A stretch of DNA of 64,000 bases from Candidatus Limivivens intestinipullorum. GTDB taxonomy: Bacteria; Bacillota; Clostridia; Lachnospirales; Lachnospiraceae. Location of the stretch: the NCBI GenBank assembly GCA_018711185.1, contig DVIQ01000099.1, positions 10,380 to 74,379 on the forward strand, written 5' to 3'. The notes beneath the pieces are model-generated. The model did not search any database. It was not told the origin of the DNA and saw nothing but the letters and a program-made list of their open reading frames with translations. The translations under genes and the position numbers were made by a program. Below are positions 20,332-30,219 of this stretch, piece by piece (the first letter of the stretch is position 1; each line of letters starts with the position of its first letter).

Positions 20332-21192
20332 ATGTTTGGTGAATGTCATGCGCATATTTTTATGAACGGTTATGATTACGCAAAGGCAGTGGAAGATCAC
20401 GAAGACGGCGTTTGCCGGGAACTGGTCCGCGCCGCGTTTCTGGAATACCAGAAACACGGCGTAACGTTTCTGCGGGACGGCGGCGATCGCCTGGGCGTAT
20501 CCGAGTGGGCCAAAACGGCGGCACCGGAGTACGGGATTACCTACCGTACCCCGCTGTTTGCTATTCACCGGAATCACCGCTATGGAGGAATCGTAGGAAG
20601 AGGCTTTGATACCTGGAAGGAATACGAAGCTTTGGTAGAGGAAGTCCGCCGCCAGGGCGGCGATTTTATAAAGGTGATGTTTTCCGGAATCATGGATTTT
20701 GAGAAGCCCGGCGTGATTACGGGGACACCTCTTGGGGAAGCCGAGATAAAGGAAATGATCCGAATTGCTCATGAAAGCGGCTTTGCGGTGATGGCACATG
20801 TAAACGGCGCCAGGCAGGTGGAAGCCGCCGCCCGCTGGGGTGTGGACAGCGTTGAGCATGGAGCCTATCAGGATGCGGACAGCATTCAGGCAATGGCAGA
20901 GGCAGGTACTGTCTGGGTGCCTACCGTGGTGACGATAAAAAACCTTTTGGGAAGCGGCCGTTACCCGGAGGAAGCGGTTCGCCGGATCTACCGCATTCAT
21001 GCGGAAAATATACGGAGGGCTTACCGGGCGGGCGTAACCATGGCCCTTGGAAGCGACGCCGGGGCTTACCGGGTATTTCACGGACAGGGAATCGTAGACG
21101 AATACCGGGCTTTTCAGGAGATTCTGGCAGATGTTCCGGATTTGGATGCGTTTTTGGAGCGGGGAGAAAAACGAATACGAGAAGTATTTTAA
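20332..21192 (+). CDS. amidohydrolase family protein (metal-dependent)
   Basis: ECHAH, GVTFLRDGG, FIKVM, MAH, SVEHG and GSDAG motifs. Confidence 0.75.
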   Translation: MFGECHAHIFMNGYDYAKAVEDHEDGVCRELVRAAFLEYQKHGVTFLRDGGDRLGVSEWAKTAAPEYGITYRTPLFAIHRNHRYGGIVGRGFDTWKEYEALVEEVRRQGGDFIKVMFSGIMDFEKPGVITGTPLGEAEIKEMIRIAHESGFAVMAHVNGARQVEAAARWGVDSVEHGAYQDADSIQAMAEAGTVWVPTVVTIKNLLGSGRYPEEAVRRIYRIHAENIRRAYRAGVTMALGSDAGAYRVFHGQGIVDEYRAFQEILADVPDLDAFLERGEKRIREVF

Positions 21193-21249
21193 ACGAGTCC
21201 GGAAGCAAAAAACTTCATCGCCGCAGATGACTTTAAATGGTTTTTTGCG

Positions 21250-21278
21250 GTTACGGTCCAGCAGGGCTGAACTGTTAT
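21250..21278. repeat. 29-bp palindromic repeat, copy 4
   Basis: GTTACGGTCCAGCAGGGCTGAACTGTTAT. Confidence 0.75.
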
Positions 21279-21299
21279 GAGAAAATGATTTATTTAAAC

Positions 21300-21328
21300 T
21301 GGACAATGGGCGGCAATCGTTCTATAAT
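21300..21328 (+). promoter_or_regulatory. putative sigma-A promoter of the amino-acid ABC operon
   Basis: TGGACA, 17 bp, TATAAT. Confidence 0.55.
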
Positions 21329-21451
21329 GATAGAAGCGATAAATTGCTTCATACAAGTCTGCGCATATACCGCATGGCTGCAGAAAAGCAATGCAGGAGT
21401 GAGAGCCCTGCCGCGAAGATGCTGAGGGGAGAGCAAAAGGAAGGAGCAAAA

Positions 21452-23014
21452 ATGAAGAAGCGAATGAAGACACTGGCGGCCCTTATGCTGGCCGCATCCG
21501 TGGCTGCAGTAATGAGCGGCTGCAGTACCGGCGGAACTACAGATACCGAAGCAACGACTGTTGAAAGTACAGCGGAAACAGAGAGTGAGATTACAACGGA
21601 AGCAGAAAGCGAGACTGCAACTGAGACGGAGAGCGAAACCGTGACCGAAGCAGAAAGCGAAACTGCAACCGAGACGGAGAGCGAAACGGCAGCGGAGACG
21701 GAGAGTGAGACCGAAACCGAAACGGAAGCGGAAAGCGAAATCACAGCGGAGACGGAGAGCGAGACTGCGACGGAAGCAGAAAGCGAAACTGAGACCGACA
21801 GCGAAGCTACAACTGAGACGGAGAGCGAAATCGTGACCGAAGCAGAAAGCGAAACTGCAACCGAGGCAGAGAGTGAAACGGCAGCGGAGACGGAGAGTGA
21901 GACCGAAACCGAAACGGAAGCGGAAAGCGAAACCACAGCGGAGACGGAGAGCGAGACTGCGACGGAAGCAGAGAGTGAGACTGCAGCGGAGACGGAGAGC
22001 GAAACCGTGACCGAAGCAGAAAGCGAAACTGCAACCGAGACGGAGAGCGAAACTGCTACGGAAGCAGAGAGTGAGACCGCAGCGGAGACGGAGAGCGAAA
22101 CTGCGACGGAAGCAGAAAGCGAAACGGAAACTGTGACGGAAAGCGAAACGGAAGCAGAGAGTGAAACAGCGGCAGAGACCGAGACGGAAGCGGAAAGCGA
22201 ATCCGCGGCAGAAACCGACAGCGAAACAGAAGCGGACACAGAAACCGGGGAAAAGCCGGGTGAGGGGCAAACACTTCGGGTAGCTATGGAGTGTGTATAC
22301 GCGCCCTATAACTGGACACAGCCGGATGATGCCAACGGAGCGGTTCCGATTTCTGGTTCTTCCGACTATGCCAACGGCTATGATGTCATGATGGCAAAGC
22401 ATATCTGCGAGGAACTGGGATATGAGCTGGAGATCGTAAAACTTGATTGGGATTCTCTGGTGCCGGCTGTACAGTCCGGAAATGTAGACTGCGCGATTGC
22501 GGGACAGTCCATTACATCCCAGAGGCAGCTGGCGGTAGATTTCAGTGAGCCGTATTATTACGCTTCCATCGTTACCCTGGTAAAGGCAGATGGAGAATAC
22601 GCGGATGCTCAGTCCGTAGAGGACCTTGCCGGAGCGACCTGTACATCCCAGCAGAACACGGTTTGGTATGACACCTGCCTCCCGCAGATTCCGGATGCGA
22701 ATATCCTTGCTGCTCAGGACTCTGCCCCTGCAATGCTGGTAGCCCTGGACAGCGGACGCTGCGACCTGGTGGTGACGGATATGCCTACGGCTCTGGCGGC
22801 TTGCGTTGCCTATCCGGATTTTGAGCTTTTGGACTTCTCAGGAACGGATGGGGATTTTGAGGTATCTGACGAAGAAATCAATATCGGCATTTCAATTCAG
22901 AAGGGCAATACCGAACTGTTAGACCAGGTCAACAGTGTCCTGGACGATATGACAGAAGACGACTATGCGGAAATGATGGACGAAGCCATCTCCATACAGC
23001 CCCTTTCCGAATAA
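21452..23014 (+). CDS. polar amino acid ABC transporter substrate-binding lipoprotein with a long acidic repeat stalk
   Basis: Lipobox MSGC; about 235 aa of E/T/S/A repeats; C-terminal SBP_bac_3 domain (LRVAMECVYAPYNW, GYDV, WDSLVPAVQSG, VDFSEPYY). Confidence 0.88.
   Translation: MKKRMKTLAALMLAASVAAVMSGCSTGGTTDTEATTVESTAETESEITTEAESETATETESETVTEAESETATETESETAAETESETETETEAESEITAETESETATEAESETETDSEATTETESEIVTEAESETATEAESETAAETESETETETEAESETTAETESETATEAESETAAETESETVTEAESETATETESETATEAESETAAETESETATEAESETETVTESETEAESETAAETETEAESESAAETDSETEADTETGEKPGEGQTLRVAMECVYAPYNWTQPDDANGAVPISGSSDYANGYDVMMAKHICEELGYELEIVKLDWDSLVPAVQSGNVDCAIAGQSITSQRQLAVDFSEPYYYASIVTLVKADGEYADAQSVEDLAGATCTSQQNTVWYDTCLPQIPDANILAAQDSAPAMLVALDSGRCDLVVTDMPTALAACVAYPDFELLDFSGTDGDFEVSDEEINIGISIQKGNTELLDQVNSVLDDMTEDDYAEMMDEAISIQPLSE
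21540..22250 (+). repeat. intragenic tandem repeat (24-bp/octapeptide units, 192-bp higher-order duplication)
   Basis: Units encode E(T/A)ESET(A/V)(T/A); the block starting at 21631 recurs at 21823. Confidence 0.9.
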
Positions 23015-23032
23015 GACAAGGCACAATGTTTC

Positions 23033-23069
23033 TGGCACGGAAACTGGCAAAGGTTTCCGTGCCATTTTT
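23033..23069 (+). terminator. intra-operon hairpin/terminator between the SBP and permease genes
   Basis: Perfect 12-bp stem TGGCACGGAAAC/GTTTCCGTGCCA followed by TTTTT. Confidence 0.7.
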
Positions 23070-23106
23070 AAGAAGCCGGAAACGGTAAAAGAAAAGGAGC
23101 GATTTT

Positions 23107-23901
23107 ATGCCAGAGGATTTTGGAGGCTGGATTGTTTACATATTGCAGAATTATGGTCCGTCTTTCGCGGTAGGAGCCGGGAAAACGATGCTGATTGCCA
23201 TTGTAGGTACTGCGATAGGCTGTCTGATCGGCTTCGCTGTGGGAATTGTACAGACGATACCCATGTCCAGGAATGACCACATTCTGAAAAAAGTGATTTT
23301 GCGAGCCGCGCGTTTCATTTTAGGCGCTTATGTGGAAGTATTCCGCGGGACGCCCATGATGTGTCAGGCGATGGTTATTTTTTACGGTGCGGCCATGGTT
23401 TTTGGCATCAATATGTCTGAATGGTTTGCCGCGTTTTTTATTGTTTCTATCAATACGGGAGCTTATATGGCGGAGACTGTCCGGGGCGGCATCCTGTCGG
23501 TTGATGCCGGACAGACGGAGGGCGCAATGGCCATTGGCATGAATCACGTCCAGACAATGATGAATGTGATTCTTCCGCAGGCCCTGAGAAATATTATGCC
23601 CCAGATCGGAAACAACCTGATTATTAACATCAAGGATACCTGCGTGCTGTCTGTGATCGGAATTGTGGAGCTTTATTATACTACAAACGGGGTTGCCGGA
23701 GCGCTGTACCGGTATTTTGAAGCGTTTGCCATCGCGATGGTCATCTATTTTATTCTGACCTTTACCTGTTCAAAGATTCTGCGGTATATCGAAGGAAAAA
23801 TGGACGGCGCCGACAGCTATGACCTGGCAACCACGGATACGCTGGCCCACACCAGCGGTCTGTACAACTACCCGGACAAGAAGGGAGAAAACGAAGCATG
23901 A
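23107..23901 (+). CDS. amino acid ABC transporter permease
   Basis: [32 protein letters not shown] and VILPQALRN motifs. Confidence 0.92.
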   Translation: MPEDFGGWIVYILQNYGPSFAVGAGKTMLIAIVGTAIGCLIGFAVGIVQTIPMSRNDHILKKVILRAARFILGAYVEVFRGTPMMCQAMVIFYGAAMVFGINMSEWFAAFFIVSINTGAYMAETVRGGILSVDAGQTEGAMAIGMNHVQTMMNVILPQALRNIMPQIGNNLIINIKDTCVLSVIGIVELYYTTNGVAGALYRYFEAFAIAMVIYFILTFTCSKILRYIEGKMDGADSYDLATTDTLAHTSGLYNYPDKKGENEA

Positions 23902-24641
23902 GCCAAGAAGCACTTTTAGAGGTACGCCATTTGAGCAAGACCTTCGGGAAAAATGTGGTTTTAAGGGACATAGATTTCCAGGTTTATCCAAAAGATGTTA
24001 CCTGTATCATCGGAGCCTCCGGCTCCGGAAAATCAACCCTTCTGCGCTGCCTGAATCTTCTGGAAACTCCTACCACGGGAGAAATCCTTTATCACGGGAA
24101 AAATATAGCCGATGGCAAAATTAACGCTCCGGAGTACCGGACAAAAGTCGGTATGGTTTTTCAAAACTTTAATCTGTTTAACAATATGAGCGTTCTGGAA
24201 AACTGTCTGGTGGGCCAGATTAAAGTTCTGAAAAAGGAGAAAGAAGCCGCGAAGAAAACGGCCATGAGTTTTCTGGAAAAGGTAGGAATGGCTCCCTATA
24301 TCCACGCGAAGCCCAGGCAGCTTTCCGGCGGGCAGAAGCAGCGTGTAGCGATTGCCAGAGCGCTGGCGATGGAACCGGAGATGCTTTTGTTCGACGAGCC
24401 AACCTCCGCTTTGGATCCCCAGATGGTGGGAGAGGTGCTGGCAGTTATGCGCACCCTGGCCCAGGAAGGGCTGACTATGATAATTGTAACTCATGAAATG
24501 GCTTTTGCCCGGGATGTATCCAGCCATGTGGTCTATATGGCAAACGGGATTATCGCGGAAGAAGGGACTCCAAAGGATATCTTTACGAATCCGCAGAATC
24601 CGCTGACAAAAGAATTTTTAAGCCGTTTCCGTACTGCCTGA
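23898..24641 (+). CDS. amino acid ABC transporter ATP-binding protein
   Basis: Walker [10 protein letters not shown], signature LSGGQKQR, Walker [13 protein letters not shown]. Confidence 0.95.
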   Translation: MSQEALLEVRHLSKTFGKNVVLRDIDFQVYPKDVTCIIGASGSGKSTLLRCLNLLETPTTGEILYHGKNIADGKINAPEYRTKVGMVFQNFNLFNNMSVLENCLVGQIKVLKKEKEAAKKTAMSFLEKVGMAPYIHAKPRQLSGGQKQRVAIARALAMEPEMLLFDEPTSALDPQMVGEVLAVMRTLAQEGLTMIIVTHEMAFARDVSSHVVYMANGIIAEEGTPKDIFTNPQNPLTKEFLSRFRTA

Positions 24642-24694
24642 AAAGGTCGGACTGGGCGGCGGAAGTACAATGACGGAAAAAGAAAGGAAGCATT

Positions 24695-25432
24695 ATGGAA
24701 CAGAATGAAAAGATGGCTCTGTTAAGAGAGCTCAAGGACGCGAAGGAAATGTTTGTTTATGTATCGCCTTGTACAAGGATGCCTTTTGTATATTGCGACC
24801 CGGAAAGTTTTGACGACGAGGTGCTGCTGTTCCGCTCCCAGGAGACAGCGAAGGAAGCTTCAAAGGATTTTCTGGAAAAAAAGATTCCGCTTCAGCTGGC
24901 AAAGCTGGAGAATAATCAGTTTTTGGCTTTTTATTCAAGCCTTTACAGCATGGGAGTGAATGAATTGTGTCTGGACAAAGGTTCTGAAAAGGAGACAAAG
25001 CTTCAGCTTAACGAGCTGGTGCGCAGACCGGACGACTCGCAGATTCCAGAGGGAAAAGTGCGGGTGGAAAATCCCGAACTGATGCTGACTGCTCTCTATT
25101 TCATGCAGGAACTGCGTAAGAGCGCAAAGCCCCAGATTACGCCGCAGGTCAGGGAAATGGAAGAGGAGCTGATGGCCCATTTCCGGAAGGGTACTTATAT
25201 TATGGCCGTTCAGGATAAAAACATGGTGCCGTTTTTAAAACTGAAAAACGGGGACGCTTACCAGCCGATTTTTACAGACATCGGAGAATTTCAGAAGTTT
25301 AACAGAGAAAAAAAGTTCCGGACCGTGGTGGTACCCTACGCAAAGCTCTCTGCCATTGTCCAGAGTCCGGCAAAAGGAATCTGCATTAATCCAAATGGAG
25401 TGAATATCATTCTTCCCACCGCGCGCATCTGA
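24695..25432 (+). CDS. SseB family protein
   Basis: C-terminal PIFTDIGEF and GICINPNG pattern of SseB-like proteins. Confidence 0.55.
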   Translation: MEQNEKMALLRELKDAKEMFVYVSPCTRMPFVYCDPESFDDEVLLFRSQETAKEASKDFLEKKIPLQLAKLENNQFLAFYSSLYSMGVNELCLDKGSEKETKLQLNELVRRPDDSQIPEGKVRVENPELMLTALYFMQELRKSAKPQITPQVREMEEELMAHFRKGTYIMAVQDKNMVPFLKLKNGDAYQPIFTDIGEFQKFNREKKFRTVVVPYAKLSAIVQSPAKGICINPNGVNIILPTARI

Positions 25433-25459
25433 GCGCAGGCCAGAACAAGGAGGCGTAAC

Positions 25460-26281
25460 GTGAAATTAGATATGCATTGCCATACAAAAGAGGGATCTCT
25501 GGATGGAAAGGTAAGCATAGAGGATTATATAACCAGGCTCGAGGAGCTTGGCTATGACGGAATGCTTGTGACAGACCATAACAGCTATAACGGCTACCGG
25601 GAATGGAAGAAAAATATTAAAGGGAAAACCCACAAGAATTTCGTGGTGCTGAAGGGAATTGAGTATGACACCATCAACGCGGGCCATATGCTGGTAATTA
25701 TGCCGGAAAATGTAAAGCTGCGGATTCTTGAGCTGCGGGGGATGCCCCTTCCCCTGCTGATCTTTATCGTCCACACTTTCGGAGGAATTCTGGGACCGGC
25801 CCATCCTTTCGGAGAAAAGTATATGAGCCTGATCAGTACCAGATACTATCAGAAAAATAAGGAGATCCTGAAGAAGTTTGATTTCATGGAAACCTTCAAC
25901 TCCTGTGAGCCTGCCCAGGCAAATATGCAGGCAAGAAAAGCTGCCGCTCAATACGGTCTCGCGGGCTTTGGGGGCAGTGATTCTCACAAGCTGGACTGCA
26001 TTGGAACAGCATACACAAGGCTGCCGGAGAGAATCTCGAAGGAATCAGAGCTGATCGCTCTGGTGAAGAAGAGAGCGCCGATTCAATGGGGCGGTTCCCT
26101 TTACAAGGGAACGACCAGAGATCGAATCGGAAAAATGCATAAGGTTCTTTTGTATTCTTTCTGGTTGTACAATAAGGTGGCCGGCTATTCCACGATACGC
26201 AAGCGCCGGGGACAGTCGCGCTACCTGATGCTCAGCACGGTCCGCAGCAGTTACAGCACAGGTTTAAGAGACAGAGCTTAA
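25460..26281 (+). CDS. PHP domain phosphoesterase
   Basis: DMHCHT, TDHN, GIEY, GHML, AHPF and GGSDSH metal ligands. Confidence 0.85.
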   Translation: MKLDMHCHTKEGSLDGKVSIEDYITRLEELGYDGMLVTDHNSYNGYREWKKNIKGKTHKNFVVLKGIEYDTINAGHMLVIMPENVKLRILELRGMPLPLLIFIVHTFGGILGPAHPFGEKYMSLISTRYYQKNKEILKKFDFMETFNSCEPAQANMQARKAAAQYGLAGFGGSDSHKLDCIGTAYTRLPERISKESELIALVKKRAPIQWGGSLYKGTTRDRIGKMHKVLLYSFWLYNKVAGYSTIRKRRGQSRYLMLSTVRSSYSTGLRDRA

Positions 26282-26888
26282 CGCACCAGTTATCCCCAGC
26301 CATGGGCATTCCGTAGGAGTCGCCCATGGTATTGTACCAGCTCCCGCCGGATTCAAGCTGATCCAAAAGCTGCTGATAGCGGGGGTTGGCGGGGTCCATG
26401 GCATTCGCCTGCCTCGCGTAATCCATCGCCTTGATGTTGTTTCCAAGGCCCATGTGGGCAAGGGCGCTGTAGTAATACCAGGGCGCCTGCCGGTCGCTGA
26501 TGGAGGAGAGGACGTTCAGAGCTTCTTGAAAATGTCTCGCGTTGATGTAGTTGGCAGCCGCCTGATAACGCAGAGAGTCCTCATTTGTGCTTCCGTAATC
26601 GCCGCTGCTCTGGTTTCCATAGCCGCCAAAGCCTCTTCCAAAACCGCCGTAGCCGCCATAGGAGCTCTGGCTGTGTCCATAGCCGGATTCGCCCCGCTCT
26701 CTGGCGTCCATGATCTGCTGATAGGCTGCCTGGATTTCTTTGAATTTCTCTTCGATTTCTTTGATATTGGGAGCCCCCACATTCGCGTCCGGATGATATT
26801 TCCGGCTGAGGGCGCGGTAGGCTTTCTTAATTTCTTCATCTGTGGCATCCGGGCTGACGCCCAGCACCTTGTATGGATCGGATATCAT
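26232..26888 (-). CDS. J-domain (DnaJ-type) protein with a TPR-like segment and Cys-rich tail
   Basis: [22 protein letters not shown] (HPD motif intact), Gly-rich linker, C-terminal [18 protein letters not shown]. Confidence 0.85.
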   Translation of the reverse strand: MISDPYKVLGVSPDATDEEIKKAYRALSRKYHPDANVGAPNIKEIEEKFKEIQAAYQQIMDARERGESGYGHSQSSYGGYGGFGRGFGGYGNQSSGDYGSTNEDSLRYQAAANYINARHFQEALNVLSSISDRQAPWYYYSALAHMGLGNNIKAMDYARQANAMDPANPRYQQLLDQLESGGSWYNTMGDSYGMPMAGDNWCVKLCLLNLCCNCCGPC

Positions 26889-26911
26889 GAAAACGTCTCC
26901 TGTATCTAAAG

Positions 26912-27757
26912 CTATTGTAACTGCTGCGCGTTTTTGCCGCTGTTCTCTGACAGACGGGCCGCATAGCGAACCCAGACGCCGGAGTACAGAATGTTGCGCA
27001 AAATCTCCGCTTCCTGAAGAATCGGAAGCTTTTCAAAACTTTTGGCGCACTCGGCCATCATCATCGTTAAAATCTTCTGACTCTTTTCCGAAAAGTCCGG
27101 CTGTTCAGCCATGGCTGCCCAGGGATTGTAATGCTTTTTTTTCTGATCCGTGCGAAGATCCTCCCAGGCATCCATCAGATAAATGAATTTTCCAAGATAG
27201 AACCCCATCTGGCGAAGAGTCGGCTCCCAGGCGTCCTGCTTCCAGACAAAGAGATCTCCTAAAAGATCTCCGGTGCAGCCGGAAAGAAGATCCAGATCCT
27301 GACAGTTTTCTGCCTCTCCTTTGCGGACTTTTTCCATATAGGAAAGCATGGATTTTGTCTGACGGGGATACTTCTCTTCAAGAGAGTGGTACTTCTTTTC
27401 AAGTGCCTTCGCGGTGGAAAGCTTTACCAGGCTTTTATCGTCAAACCAGTCATCCATGCAGTTGTGATAGGTTAAAAGGATGTTCATATCTGCCGCATAG
27501 CCAGTGGCCTCGGTTACCCTCATCCGATGCTTTTCGTAAGGCCGCGCGATGCATCGATGAATCTCTTCTGTGCCAGGAAGCTCGTAAAGGCCTGTGAGAA
27601 GAATCACGAGAAACGTCATGTCGTAGGTTAAGGTAACCTGACCGATACGGCCGTAGCGATCCTTCAGTACCTTGCACAGACCGCAGTAATAAGAGCGATA
27701 GCGGTCATATTCGCGTATTTTCAGCTCGGGTTTATTGATTGTGACATATCCAAACAT
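26912..27757 (-). CDS. DUF5685-like protein
   Basis: MFGYV...[19 protein letters not shown]...[13 protein letters not shown]...NILYSGV pattern recalled for this Clostridial family. Confidence 0.65.
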   Translation of the reverse strand: MFGYVTINKPELKIREYDRYRSYYCGLCKVLKDRYGRIGQVTLTYDMTFLVILLTGLYELPGTEEIHRCIARPYEKHRMRVTEATGYAADMNILLTYHNCMDDWFDDKSLVKLSTAKALEKKYHSLEEKYPRQTKSMLSYMEKVRKGEAENCQDLDLLSGCTGDLLGDLFVWKQDAWEPTLRQMGFYLGKFIYLMDAWEDLRTDQKKKHYNPWAAMAEQPDFSEKSQKILTMMMAECAKSFEKLPILQEAEILRNILYSGVWVRYAARLSENSGKNAQQLQ

Positions 27758-27765
27758 GATGCGCC

Positions 27766-28161
27766 TCAGCTTTTCTTGATAAATTTATTGCGACATTTCG
27801 GACAAGTGATCTCAATTTTGCCTTTTCCCCTGGGGATCCTTATTTTCTGTTTGCACTGGGGACAGGTATAGATGTGATAGTCCTTACGCTGCTTCAGAAG
27901 GTTGATCTGACCGGTCCAGAAGCCGGTGACACGGTTTTTGTACTTTAAAAAAACGGAATTTTCATGGCTGCGCGCAGAGAAATTTCTGGAAAAGATCCGG
28001 AAATACAGAACGATCAGAGCCAGGAAAACCAGAGCGTTCAAAAGTCCGCTGCGCAAAAACAGACTTAAAACGCACAGAACGACGGCAACGCCCAGGAGAA
28101 ACTTTGAGAGGTCGTCTACTCCATAGCGGCCGGTCATAAAACGCTGGAATTTTTCTTTCAT
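27766..28161 (-). CDS. membrane protein with a C-terminal zinc ribbon
   Basis: FMTGRYGVD, two TM segments, CPQCKQKIRIPRGKGKIEITCPKC. Confidence 0.75.
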   Translation of the reverse strand: MKEKFQRFMTGRYGVDDLSKFLLGVAVVLCVLSLFLRSGLLNALVFLALIVLYFRIFSRNFSARSHENSVFLKYKNRVTGFWTGQINLLKQRKDYHIYTCPQCKQKIRIPRGKGKIEITCPKCRNKFIKKS

Positions 28162-28268
28162 AAAACAAATCACTCCTCGTATGTAATGAAACTAGAATAG
28201 CATATTTTTCGGAAAAATAACAGCTTTCAATTCTAAAAAAATATGAAGTATTTATAAAATAGGGACCT

Positions 28269-29018
28269 TCAGCTGACCCGGCGTCCCCGCACATGGGGCA
28301 CCCGTTCGGGCCAGGAGGGGAGTGAGGCATTCAGAATCGCCGTGAACATCCGCTCGCAGACGCCTGGATTTTCCTGGTTCATCTGTCTTAACAGTTCTTT
28401 GGCGTATTCCCTTTTTGTGTGCCCGTCGGCCGGACAGGGGTTTTTCGCTACCGGAAGCTGGTACTTGTTTTTAAAGCCGATGACGTCTGCTTCGGGGACA
28501 AACATCAGCGGACGGATGACAGTCAGATCCATCCGGTCCAGGTAAGTTTTCGGGGAAAAGGAGTGAAACCGTCCTTCGTAAATCAGGGACAGAAGCATGG
28601 TCTCCACCATATCCTCCCGGTGATGGGCGTAAGCCACTTTATTGCAGCCCATATCCTTTACCGCCTGATTCAAAGCGCCTTTTCGCATTTTCGCGCAGAG
28701 AGAGCAGGGATTTTCTTCCTTGCGCTGTTCGAAGATCAGAGGGCCGATCTGCGTGGATACTGTGGTATGGGAAACGTTCAGCTCGCGGCACAGGGTTTTT
28801 ACCGCGTCAAGGTCAAAGCCCGGAAAACCGAGATCCACCGTCACGGCTTCCAGCTCAAAATGCTTTGGGTAGAAGCGCCGCAGGCCGGTCAGGGCATAAA
28901 GAAGGGTCAGGCTGTCCTTTCCACCGGAGATCCCCACCGCGATCCGATCCCCTTCGTCGATCATCTGATATTCGTCCACCGCTTTGCGGGTGTAGCTTAG
29001 AAGCTGCTGCAATTTCAT
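28269..29018 (-). CDS. tRNA 2-thiocytidine biosynthesis TtcA family protein
   Basis: PP-loop SGGKDS, CSLCAKMRKG, HHREDMVET and CPAD motifs; start at MKLQQ after AAAGGA. Confidence 0.85.
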   Translation of the reverse strand: MKLQQLLSYTRKAVDEYQMIDEGDRIAVGISGGKDSLTLLYALTGLRRFYPKHFELEAVTVDLGFPGFDLDAVKTLCRELNVSHTTVSTQIGPLIFEQRKEENPCSLCAKMRKGALNQAVKDMGCNKVAYAHHREDMVETMLLSLIYEGRFHSFSPKTYLDRMDLTVIRPLMFVPEADVIGFKNKYQLPVAKNPCPADGHTKREYAKELLRQMNQENPGVCERMFTAILNASLPSWPERVPHVRGRRVS

Positions 29019-29238
29019 GAATTTCATCCTTTCTGTCCGGCGGCCGCCATATGCCCCGGATTTACTGTATCCAGTATACAAGGTGACAATGGATTTTGTC
29101 AACGGTAACAGAATGTGAACTGTTACAATAATTCGCCATATTGATTAAAATAAAATTGCTTTTTTTTAATGTTTTCTGTATAATATTCCTATAAAAAGAC
29201 TTGCCCTCACGGCAGAGAGACAGTGTTTAGGAGGATGG

Positions 29239-30177
29239 ATGATGGATGTAATCTGCATCGGTGAAATGCTTATTGATTTTACTCCGGGGAAGGAGGCTGC
29301 CACATATGTGCGAAATCCCGGCGGAGCTCCGGCAAACGTCTGCATTTCCATGGCCAGGAACGGCCTGAAAACAGGATTTCTTGGGAAACTTGGAAACGAC
29401 GATTTTGGCCGTTTTCTGGTGGACACCCTGAAAAAAGAAGGGGTGGAGGTGCTCTGTCCTTCGCTCACGAATGAGGCGGTGACTACCCTGGCTTTTGTGA
29501 CACTGTATGAGAACGGAGAGAGGTCCTTTACTTTTGCGAGAAAGCCGGGAGCGGATCTGCTTCTGGCAGAGGAGGATATTAAAAGAGAGGATCTGGAAAA
29601 GACGGCTCTCGTCCATGCCGGATCTTTCGGTATGTCGGGAGAACCGGAGCGTTCCGCCACAGTTCGCGCCCTTTCTATGGCGAAAGACCTTGGAAAGCTG
29701 GTCAGCTTCGACGTCAATTACCGGGATGTCATATGGCCGGATGAGAAGACGGCGGTTGCGGCGGTTCAGTCGGTGCTCCATTATGTGGATTTCCTGAAGA
29801 TTTCAGAGGAGGAACTGGACTTCGTGGGTGGAGAAGCGAATATCCCCAGGCTCATGAAGGAGAGCGGCATCTCTGTCGTGATGGAAACCCTTGGAGCAGA
29901 GGGGGCTAAGTATTTTTATAATGGCAGGGAAGGCAGGGCTGCCGGATATCAGGTGAAGGCGGTGGATGCCACCGGAGCCGGAGATGCCTTCTGGGGTGGT
30001 TTCCTTTCCAAAATTCTGCTTGACGGCGTTCGTTCTCCGGAGGATTTGACGGAGGAGACGGTGCGGGCAGCTTTGGAGTACGGAAATGCCTCCGGGGCGC
30101 TGTGTGTGCAGCGCATGGGCGGTATTCCGGCGCTCCCCACCGGAGAGGAGATCCGGGATTGGCTTGCGAAGGCCTGA
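29239..30177 (+). CDS. PfkB family carbohydrate kinase (fructokinase-like)
   Basis: IGEMLIDF, PGGAPANV, SFDVNYR, KISEEE and DATGAGDAF motifs. Confidence 0.9.
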   Translation: MMDVICIGEMLIDFTPGKEAATYVRNPGGAPANVCISMARNGLKTGFLGKLGNDDFGRFLVDTLKKEGVEVLCPSLTNEAVTTLAFVTLYENGERSFTFARKPGADLLLAEEDIKREDLEKTALVHAGSFGMSGEPERSATVRALSMAKDLGKLVSFDVNYRDVIWPDEKTAVAAVQSVLHYVDFLKISEEELDFVGGEANIPRLMKESGISVVMETLGAEGAKYFYNGREGRAAGYQVKAVDATGAGDAFWGGFLSKILLDGVRSPEDLTEETVRAALEYGNASGALCVQRMGGIPALPTGEEIRDWLAKA

Positions 30178-30219
30178 ACTGTTTAGAAATTTCATTTACA
30201 TATGGAGGTATTTTGACTT

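Noticed and set aside
21335-21451. Long leader before the amino-acid ABC operon as a possible riboswitch or T-box
   Set aside because: No T-box, lysine, glycine or SAM consensus was recognisable; only a weak GCAGG/CCTGC hairpin.
21349-22239. 296-aa minus-strand Ser/Val/Ala repeat ORF (and 21290-22402)
   Set aside because: Antisense read-through of the low-complexity acidic stalk; no RBS and no independent domain.
21540-22250. Regular repeats that might suggest a CRISPR array
   Set aside because: The repeats are in-frame coding units without unique spacers, and no cas genes are present.
30172-30184. CTGAACTGTTT as a seventh palindrome copy
   Set aside because: Only a half-arm, overlapping a stop codon; not enough to call.
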